Origin: Pseudoalteromonas translucida KMM 520
GTDB taxonomy: Bacteria > Pseudomonadota > Gammaproteobacteria > Enterobacterales > Alteromonadaceae
Assembly (NCBI RefSeq): GCF_001465295.1
Contig: NZ_CP011034.1
Location: 1,170,001 to 1,202,000, forward strand
Direction: 5' to 3'
DNA length: 32,000 nt
Position 1 is the first letter of the stretch; every line of letters begins with the position of its first letter. The translations under genes and the position numbers were made by a program. This document shows positions 20,165 to 27,252 of the stretch, in pieces. The notes below the pieces were generated by a model. The model made no database searches. It was given only the letters and a program-made list of their open reading frames with translations, and was not told where the DNA came from.

Positions 20165-20690
20165 AGCAAGCACTAAAGTTCACTTTCCACCGCAAATTTT
20201 AACAGCGGTGATCCCTTACTTTTCAATGCGATTAAGTAAGTTGATTCATCGTAGGGCGTATGTGTTTTCCAGCACCTAAATAGTATTCTTATCCACTTAA
20301 ATGCTAATGATCTGATGATGGTATTATGGGGTTTTCCTTTGGCCTCTTGCTGCCGATAATATGCTTTTGCCCAAAATGAATAACGCACAGATAATCCTGC
20401 CCATTCAACAAATGTTTGCCTTAAAAATTTAGTGCACGAATATCGCCAGTGTATCCATTCCTTCTTGCCACTGCGCTCGGTAACAGGGGCAATGCCTGCG
20501 TATTTTTGTATGTCAGCAGCGCACTTATAACGGTCACGATTTGACCCCATAGCGGCTAATAACCGAGGCGCTAATTGTGGTCCTGCACCTGGTAAACTAT
20601 CAAAAATAGCGCGATCTGAATGTTGCTTATAAAGCGTTTTAATTTCGTCATCAAATCGGGTTATTGCCTGCATTAGATGTTTGAGTTGAG
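20165..20690 (-). mobile_element. IS110-family insertion sequence remnant 1 (3' part only, transposase 5'-truncated)
   Basis: ORF 20173-20673 carries only the C-terminal Transposase_20-type domain (FDSLPGAGPQLAPRLL...YAGIAPVTERSGKK...AFKWIRILFRCW). The N-terminal DEDD domain is absent. Confidence 0.8.
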
Positions 20691-20691
20691 G

Positions 20692-20713
20692 AACAACACG
20701 CCCTGAGGTGGAC
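20692..20713 (+). repeat. 22-mer AACAACACGCCCTGAGGTGGAC, copy 2
   Basis: Exact repeat of 20143-20164; abuts the 3' end of IS remnant 2. Confidence 0.7.
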
Positions 20714-21345
20714 GACTAGTAAAATTTAGCTATTAATTGCAAATTTTAAAAGTGGTGAGCCTCTGCGTTTTAATGCAGCTAAATACGTCGATTCATCGTA
20801 GGGTGTATTCGTTTTCCAACACCTAAATACAATCCTTATCCATTTAAATGCCAGTGATCTAATAATGCTGCTATGCGGCTTACCCTTGGCTTTTTGTTGC
20901 TCATAATACGCTTTAGCCCAAAATGAATAACGAATAGAAAAGCCTGCCCATTCTACAAATGTTTGCCTTAAAAAAGTGGGGCAACTATAACGCCAATGCG
21001 TCCACATCTTTTGACCACTGCGCTCAATAACAGGCGCTATACCAGCGTACTTTTGAAGTTCTGCAGCATCATTGTAACGCGCACGATTGCTCCCAAAAGC
21101 AACAAGTAAACGTGGGGCGAGTTGTGGACCTGCACCGGGTAAGCTATCAAATATCTTTTTATCTTGCTGGGCTTTATAAGCCGATTTTATTGCTTTATCG
21201 AGCTTTTCAATACCTTTTAATAACACTTTAAACTGCGTAATAAGCACTTCAACGAGCATTTGATTAGGCACAATGACTCCTTCATCCAGAGTTAATGGCA
21301 TCGCATTTTTAATACTGTCTAGTACGGACAAAAAACAGCTGGCTT
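20714..21345 (-). mobile_element. IS110-family insertion sequence remnant 2 (3' part only)
   Basis: ORF 20726-21331 is clearly paralogous to remnant 1 but diverged. It starts in the linker helix region, so the catalytic N-terminal domain is missing. Confidence 0.8.
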
Positions 21346-21420
21346 TTGCTCGTTCCTCTCTAATTTTCGCCAGCTATTTTATTGCCGCTTAGCAAAGCGT
21401 TAGGCTTACAAGGAAGTCAT

Positions 21421-21981
21421 GTGCAAACTCCATTATTAATTTCTATAATTGCGGTTTTTATTTCTGCTATAAGTGCAGCGGTTACTATATTTAATATATA
21501 TAGAGATCGTGCAAAGGTGATTTCATGGTCAGAAATTGTTTATGATATGTCGCAAGATCCTGATGACCCACCACCAGTATTGTATATAAAAATTGTAAAT
21601 ACAGGGTTAAGACCAATAATCCTTACATCAATTAAAAAGATAGCTAAAAATTCTAGTTGGGGTAACGCTCTTAGGTATCCAGACTATGATCAACTTGATG
21701 TTAACGCTTCAGACGCAATTAGAGATCCAGAAACACGTCGTTCAGTTTTTTCTATTAAAAATACTAGTGTCGTATTAAAGGAATCTGAATATTTTGAAGT
21801 ATCATATGGAATTGATGACTTTCAGCATGAGGTTCGAAGTTTTTTTAACGATGAATTACACGAAGCAATAAGTATGCAAATTGAAGATGTTTTAGGTACT
21901 AAAATTAAAATCAAAGATATTAAAAAAAACATCGAGGCTATGTATCAATATAAGCCTAACAAGAAAATCAACAAGGACTAA
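21421..21981 (+). CDS. hypothetical single-pass membrane protein (cassette 3)
   Basis: GTG 21421 is preferred (AGGAAG 4 nt upstream, downstream of core site GTTAGGC 21399-21405). N-terminal TM LLISIIAVFISAISAAVTIF, then a ~150 aa soluble domain. Confidence 0.55.
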   Translation: MQTPLLISIIAVFISAISAAVTIFNIYRDRAKVISWSEIVYDMSQDPDDPPPVLYIKIVNTGLRPIILTSIKKIAKNSSWGNALRYPDYDQLDVNASDAIRDPETRRSVFSIKNTSVVLKESEYFEVSYGIDDFQHEVRSFFNDELHEAISMQIEDVLGTKIKIKDIKKNIEAMYQYKPNKKINKD

Positions 21982-22019
21982 AAACAGTGGGCTGTTCGCT
22001 CCATTTTAGCTTGTTATTT
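21951..22019 (+). repeat. attC-like recombination site of canonical size
   Basis: Inverse core GCCTAAC (21954-21960) and GTT at 22013-22015. Hand pairing gives 21958-21963/22010-22015, 21964-21968/22003-22007 with a 2-nt bulge, 21975-21977/22000-22002, and apical stem AACAG/CTGTT (21983-21996). Confidence 0.6.
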
Positions 22020-22032
22020 AGGCATTATATTT

Positions 22033-22665
22033 ATGTCGAGGTTTACTGAAGTGACAGAAAATGTAAAAACTAATCTATTTTCCAAAGACCCTAAAGCTAT
22101 TTTCGATCATGTCCGAAATGTTGGAATATCAACCGGCGTTATCTTTGGTTCAAGTATACTTTACAAGCAGAAAGAAGGTGTGCCTGTAGAAGACCAGATA
22201 ATAATAGAAATCGGTACTTGGTCATTACTCATAGTCGGTATATTACTTTTTATAATAAATGTTAACTACGCAGTGCAGACAATTTCTACTTTTATTTTGG
22301 GTAAAAAAGTGGGTTTCGTAGAGCGAATTAAAATATTTTATAGGATAGCAACCTTAGCTTTCAAACTTTCCAAAAAAGGGAAGTCACTTTCTCTTAAAGT
22401 TGATACTTATAAAAAAATTAGGAATTACCATTTAAGAGAATTCGGAGCTCAAATTATTTTAATGTTTTATTATTTAGTAATTGGACTTTTATTAGCCTCA
22501 CACTTGGCAGCATCTGGTGTTATAGATTTAAAGTCTAATACAGATGCTGAGAGGCTATATCTGAACATCTCAAAAGTTACAGAAGTCATTAAAAAACAAC
22601 AAGCTGAACTAACAGTTTTAAAAGAGAAGTTAGCTTTATTAGAGACTGAAGCCACTAAAAAATAA
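22033..22665 (+). CDS. hypothetical membrane protein with C-terminal coiled coil (cassette 4)
   Basis: Hydrophobic helices (WSLLIVGILLFIINV, IILMFYYLVIGLLLASHLAA) and a heptad-like tail QQAELTVLKEKLALLETEATKK. Confidence 0.55.
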   Translation: MSRFTEVTENVKTNLFSKDPKAIFDHVRNVGISTGVIFGSSILYKQKEGVPVEDQIIIEIGTWSLLIVGILLFIINVNYAVQTISTFILGKKVGFVERIKIFYRIATLAFKLSKKGKSLSLKVDTYKKIRNYHLREFGAQIILMFYYLVIGLLLASHLAASGVIDLKSNTDAERLYLNISKVTEVIKKQQAELTVLKEKLALLETEATKK

Positions 22666-22957
22666 ATATAACTAGTGACTAAGGTTACGACAGTCCGCTA
22701 ATGGCACTTTGGCGAAGTCCGCCTAGAGCGAAAACCAGTCATTGCGATTGACTAAATATAATAGTTAACAGATTGGTCAATGTTGTTTGCTCATTAATTG
22801 GAGGTAATGAGCGGCGCGCGTATATTGTTTCATTTAACTTTACATAAAAACTTTAGAAAACTTAGTAATATCTTAGGTAATTTGTTAAAACTATGTAGAG
22901 ATGAGCTAGCAATAGCAAATAAATACGCTATTTGCACACTATTAAATTGTTAGCTGC
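22666..22957 (+). repeat. cassette-junction module, partial copy C (ends in core site GTTAGCT 22949-22955)
   Basis: 22693-22743 matches 19145-19196. 22904-22935 matches 18399-18424, including the exact 12-mer TACGCTATTTGC. Contains hairpin GCTCATTA/TAATGAGC at 22789-22812. Confidence 0.55.
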
Positions 22958-22988
22958 TTTGAGGTAAATCATTAAGAAGGTGCTGTAA

Positions 22989-23870
22989 ATGAGAATATTG
23001 GTAACAGGCTCTGCGGGTAGAGTAGGGCGTGCGATCTATATTAAATTAATGCGAACACATAACGTAGTCGGTATTGATAAAACACCTTGTTCAACAGCCG
23101 ATTACATTGGTGATATTCGTGATAGTGCTCTGATTGATGGGGTTCTTGAAAATATTGATGTCATCATTCATACAGCGGCTCTTCATGCTCCTCATGTTGG
23201 TTTAGTGCCTGATTCTGAGTTTAAATCTATCAACGTAGACGCGACTGAGAAACTGGCTTTGTCTGGCGTAAAAGCAGGTATTAAGCATTTTGTTTTTACC
23301 AGTACAACTGCGTTGTACGGTTATGCTTCGACTCCGAAAGGTATTTCAGGTTGGATTAATGAGGAGGTTACTCCGCAACCTAAGTCGATTTACCATAAAA
23401 GTAAAATTGATGCTGAAACTAAGCTAAAAGAAATTTCAAACCTGTTTCAGCTTCCAGTGACTGTGCTGCAAATGTCGAGATGTTTTCCTGAGGCTGCGGA
23501 TTTAATGGCGGTATTTCGTCTGACTCGTGGTATTGATGCTCGAGATGTAGCAAGTGCTCATTTATGTGCTGTGGAAAAACGTTTAAACGGTTTTAATCGT
23601 TTTATAATTTCAGGTACAACACCTTTTCATCTTTCTGATTGCGAAGCTTTATATACTGAAGCTGGATCTGTCATCAAGCGTAAGTGCCCAGAAATCGCGC
23701 TAGCATTTAAACAAAGAAATTGGCAATTACCTCAATGCTTAGATCGCGTATATGATTCATCGTCCGCACGTGAGAAATTAGGTTGGTCACCTATACATGA
23801 TTTTGAAAGCGTTTTGGAAATGTTAGATTCTGAAACAGCAGAAGTATTGCCAATTTTAAAACGCAGCTAA
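22989..23870 (+). CDS. NAD-dependent epimerase/dehydratase (extended SDR) family protein (cassette 5)
   Basis: Rossmann motif VTGSAGRVGRAI and catalytic YHKSK (YxxxK). SD AAGAAGG lies upstream. Confidence 0.8.
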   Translation: MRILVTGSAGRVGRAIYIKLMRTHNVVGIDKTPCSTADYIGDIRDSALIDGVLENIDVIIHTAALHAPHVGLVPDSEFKSINVDATEKLALSGVKAGIKHFVFTSTTALYGYASTPKGISGWINEEVTPQPKSIYHKSKIDAETKLKEISNLFQLPVTVLQMSRCFPEAADLMAVFRLTRGIDARDVASAHLCAVEKRLNGFNRFIISGTTPFHLSDCEALYTEAGSVIKRKCPEIALAFKQRNWQLPQCLDRVYDSSSAREKLGWSPIHDFESVLEMLDSETAEVLPILKRS

Positions 23871-23911
23871 ACGCGGTAAGTCGGGCTGTTTCTAGTAAAC
23901 TCATCATTTTT

Positions 23912-24000
23912 GTCGGATGGCGTGGCTTCGCCACTTATCCGACCTACCCCGTACAGTAACGTCAAAAGGTAGGTTGGTTAAGCCGAAGGCGCCACCCAAC
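23912..24000. repeat. pair of inverted REP-like palindromic units (BIME-like)
   Basis: GTCGGATGGCGTGGCTTCGCCACTTATCCGACCTAC (23912-23947) and the inverted, diverged GGTAGGTTGGTTAAGCCGAAGGCGCCACCCAAC (23968-24000). Same design as enterobacterial REP (G.CGGATG...CGCC.TTATCCG.CCTAC), recalled from memory. Confidence 0.6.
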
Positions 24001-24184
24001 AAAAAGTTTCAGATTCACGCCTTGAGGCCCGTTAATGGCACATATGGGACTGTCAGATTTGATCGAGTCCTATTAGTTGGATTTGACAGATCAAGTAAGA
24101 CTTATTCATCTAAGCAATCCAAGAAATTAGACAGAAGTGCTCTTCACTGTAAATAAATCAAGCAAGCAGCTATTTAGCTGTTTT

Positions 24185-24820
24185 TTATTCTTCAGTTTTA
24201 TCTTTAAACTCACATAAATCTTCGATGATACAACTACCACACTTAGGTTTGCGCGCCACACAGGTATAACGTCCGTGCAATATAAGCCAGTGGTGTACAT
24301 CAACTTTAAATTCTTTAGGCACTACTTTTTCAAGCTTTTGCTCAACGGCTACAACATCTTTACCCATAGCAAGTTTAGTACGATTAGAAACACGAAATAT
24401 ATGCGTGTCTACGGCGATTACAGGCCAGCCAAACGCGGTGTTGAGTACTACGTTTGCGGTTTTTCGGCCAACGCCAGGTAGGGCTTCTAGTGCTTCTCGG
24501 TTTTCGGGAACTATGCTGTTGTGTTCATCCACCAAAATTTGGCACATTTTATAAACGTTTGCCGCTTTAGAATTAAATAAGCCAATGGTTTTTATATAAT
24601 CTCGAAGTGTATCGTGCCCTAAATCTAAAATGGCTTGTGGTGTGTTAGCCACAGGGAACAGCTTTCGAGTGGCTTTGTTAACGCCTACATCGGTTGCTTG
24701 CGCTGAGAGCGTTACAGCTACAAGTAACTCAAACGGGCTTGAGTATTCAAGCTCGGTTTCTGGGTGCGGGTTATCATCGCGTAAGCGAGTAAGAATTTGG
24801 TGGCGTTTTTCTTTATTCAT
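24185..24820 (-). CDS. nth: endonuclease III
   Basis: MNKEKRHQILTRLRDDNPHPETELEYSSPFELL..., HhH-GPD LPGVGRKTANVVLN, and a C-terminal 4Fe-4S cluster CVARKPKCGSCIIEDLC. The start is set at MNKEKR by analogy with E. coli Nth. Confidence 0.93.
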   Translation of the reverse strand: MNKEKRHQILTRLRDDNPHPETELEYSSPFELLVAVTLSAQATDVGVNKATRKLFPVANTPQAILDLGHDTLRDYIKTIGLFNSKAANVYKMCQILVDEHNSIVPENREALEALPGVGRKTANVVLNTAFGWPVIAVDTHIFRVSNRTKLAMGKDVVAVEQKLEKVVPKEFKVDVHHWLILHGRYTCVARKPKCGSCIIEDLCEFKDKTEE

Positions 24821-24860
24821 ATTACTTAAGCGCACACTTTATTAATGTGCGCTTTTCCTA

Positions 24861-25559
24861 TTAAGTTAAGCTAGTAACACGAGCACGAGGGCCTTTTTCA
24901 GGCTCTGGTGGGGTAACTTGTTTTGACTTTATTTGTGCGTCAATTACATTTTTAGCGGCAATAAGTAGCCCAAGACCTAAAAAGGCACCCGGTGGTAAAA
25001 TTGCGAGTAAAAATTGATTATCAAAGCTAAATACTTCAATGCGCAGGCTTTGTGCCCATGGGCCAAGTAACAAGTCGGCGGCATCAAATAAAGTGCCTTG
25101 CCCAATTAGCTCGCGCATTGCGCCTAAAACAACAAGCACAATCATAAAACCCAAACCCATCATTAGCCCATCAAACGCCGATAAGTGAACTGGGTTTTTA
25201 GACGCGTATGCTTCAGCGCGACCAATAATGGCGCAGTTAGTAACAATTAACGGAATAAAAATACCTAACGACTGATAAAGCCCATAGGTATAAGCGTTCA
25301 TTAACAGCTGCACTATAGTTACAAAGCCAGCAATAATCATGACAAATACCGGTATACGAATATCTTTAGGTACCCAGTTACGTACAAACGATACCGTTAC
25401 GTTTGAGCCCACTAATACCAGTAAGGTTGCTAAGCCAAGGCCAAGGGCATTGGTAATGGTGGAGGTAACAGCAAGCAGTGGGCAAAGGCCTAATAGCTGT
25501 ACTAGGGCAGGGTTGTTGACCCACATACCGTCTTTATATAGTGTTTTTAATTCACTCAT
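24861..25559 (-). CDS. rnfE: Rnf/Rsx electron transport complex subunit E
   Basis: Polytopic membrane protein [16 protein letters not shown]...; last gene of the rnfABCDGE order, before nth. Confidence 0.9.
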   Translation of the reverse strand: MSELKTLYKDGMWVNNPALVQLLGLCPLLAVTSTITNALGLGLATLLVLVGSNVTVSFVRNWVPKDIRIPVFVMIIAGFVTIVQLLMNAYTYGLYQSLGIFIPLIVTNCAIIGRAEAYASKNPVHLSAFDGLMMGLGFMIVLVVLGAMRELIGQGTLFDAADLLLGPWAQSLRIEVFSFDNQFLLAILPPGAFLGLGLLIAAKNVIDAQIKSKQVTPPEPEKGPRARVTSLT

Positions 25560-26197
25560 TTAGTTACCTCTACACATTCGGCATTAGGTGCTGCAAAAAT
25601 AGTATCAAATTCACTTTGAGCAAATAATACGGCATTTTTTACCGAGCCAACCACAGCGCGAGGTGTAATGGTTGCACCGGTAAATTGATCAAACTGGCCA
25701 CCGTCTTTTTTAACCGCCCAACGTGCATCGCTACTGCTTTGTACAGTTAACGTTTTAAAGGCGGTGATCCACGATGATTTTTTAACTTCTACTTTATCAC
25801 CAAGTCCTGGTGTTTCTGCGTGCTTAGTAGTACGCACACCAGCAATACTACCATCACTTAAAACTGCGGTTAGTAAGTTAATGTCACCACTGTAACCACT
25901 TGGCGTTACGTGCCTTACAACAAGAGCTACAGGTTGATTATTTTTACGGGCACGGTAAATTACTTGATTAGCGTAAGGGCCTAGTCGTTCATCTGAAATA
26001 ATAACGCAATCTGTTGATAGCTCGTTGTCGTAAGTACTAGGGTCGAGCACTTCTTGTAATTGCGAAGTAAGGTGCAATAGCTCTTGCTCTGCTATTTTAT
26101 CAGCGGTGAGCACATTAATAGAGGCAACCAGCCCTGTAGTCACTAATGCAAAAGCAGTTAAAATAGCGCCGTTTTTAGCCATAGAGGATAGTATCAT
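25556..26197 (-). CDS. rnfG: Rnf/Rsx complex subunit G (FMN-binding)
   Basis: N-terminal anchor plus the flavinylation-type motif [10 protein letters not shown]. Overlaps its neighbours by 4 nt. Confidence 0.9.
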   Translation of the reverse strand: MILSSMAKNGAILTAFALVTTGLVASINVLTADKIAEQELLHLTSQLQEVLDPSTYDNELSTDCVIISDERLGPYANQVIYRARKNNQPVALVVRHVTPSGYSGDINLLTAVLSDGSIAGVRTTKHAETPGLGDKVEVKKSSWITAFKTLTVQSSSDARWAVKKDGGQFDQFTGATITPRAVVGSVKNAVLFAQSEFDTIFAAPNAECVEVTK

Positions 26198-27252
26198 TTT
26201 GCTACTCCGTGGCCATAAGTGCGCGGCTGGGTATAGTAGTCAATTAAGGGAACAGCAATATTGAGCAGTAATACACTAAAAGCAACAGCATCAGGGAAGC
26301 CACCAAAAGTGCGAATTAAATACACTAATAAGCCAATTGCTGCGCCATAAATTAAGCGCCCTTTATTGGTTGTGGCAGCCGACACCGGATCGGTAGCAAT
26401 AAAAAATGCAGCCATCATAGTGGCACCACTTAATAGATGAAATATTATACCGGGCTCTGTACCGGGCGCTGCTATATAACCTATGCCACTGCACAGTGCT
26501 AAGCTTGCAATAAAACTTACTGGAATATGCCAGTTAATTATTTTTTCTTTTAAAAGGTATAAACCACCGGCTAAAAAGCCTAAGTTAACCCACACCCATC
26601 CATGGCCAGCCCACTCATTAAATATCGGCTTTTGCATGCTTTCGGTTACGGTTAAACCATGGGCAATATCTGTTTTAATAGTGTCCAGTGGGGTTGCCAT
26701 AGTAATGCCATCTATACCTGCACGTACTTGATCTAAACTAAAGCCGGTGGCAGTAAAGTCGGTAAAAACAACCCTAAGCTGCTCGGTAAAACCAATCGGA
26801 GTATTTAATAACTCGGTAATTGGCATCCACGCGGTCATTTGTACCGGAAACGAAATTAATAATAATACATAAGCGGCCATAGCAGGGTTAAATAAATTAA
26901 ATCCTAAACCACCATAGAGCTGCTTAACAATAACGATGGCAAATAAACAGCCAATAATAACTATCCACCAAGGAGCTAATGGCGGAATACTTAATGCAAG
27001 TAGTACTGCGCTAAGCCACGCACTGCCATCACTTAACGCAGGCCAAACGGGGCGTTTGCGAAGTAGCATTACTGCAGCTTCAAATACACTTACAGCAATC
27101 AGCGCTAATATGAGCTGAATAAGCACACCTGTACCAAAAAAGATGATCTGAGCAATTAGCCCAGGAATACACGCAGCAATAACGCAAAGCATTAATCGGG
27201 TTAACGATTTATGGCTATGGCTGTGAGGCGAACTGGCCATGGTTAATTTCAC
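26194..27252 (-). CDS. rnfD: Rnf/Rsx complex subunit D
   Basis: NqrB/RnfD-like polytopic protein with the GATMMAAFFIATDPVSA region. Confidence 0.9.
   Translation of the reverse strand: MKLTMASSPHSHSHKSLTRLMLCVIAACIPGLIAQIIFFGTGVLIQLILALIAVSVFEAAVMLLRKRPVWPALSDGSAWLSAVLLALSIPPLAPWWIVIIGCLFAIVIVKQLYGGLGFNLFNPAMAAYVLLLISFPVQMTAWMPITELLNTPIGFTEQLRVVFTDFTATGFSLDQVRAGIDGITMATPLDTIKTDIAHGLTVTESMQKPIFNEWAGHGWVWVNLGFLAGGLYLLKEKIINWHIPVSFIASLALCSGIGYIAAPGTEPGIIFHLLSGATMMAAFFIATDPVSAATTNKGRLIYGAAIGLLVYLIRTFGGFPDAVAFSVLLLNIAVPLIDYYTQPRTYGHGVAK

Noticed and set aside
20135-20172. IS110/IS1111-type bridge (guide) RNA in the non-coding ends of the IS remnants
   Set aside because: Only about 8 nt (20165-20172) separate each transposase stop from the 22-mer, and the 5' non-coding ends were lost with the truncation. 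There is no room for a ~150-250 nt structured RNA.
22807-22953. 48-aa ORF (MSGARILFHL...) inside junction module C
   Set aside because: The GGAGG is only 2 nt from the ATG. The region is homologous to sequence that is non-coding in modules A and B, and the ORF ends inside the core site.
23917-24156. 79-aa ORF MAWLRHLSDLPR...
   Set aside because: It is built almost entirely from the REP-like palindromes and an attC-like remnant. It is basic and low-complexity and has no SD.
24275-26731. Short antisense ORFs within nth, rnfE and rnfD (24275-24481, 24630-24845, 25339-25563, 26483-26731)
   Set aside because: They are embedded opposite well-supported conserved genes and have no start signals.
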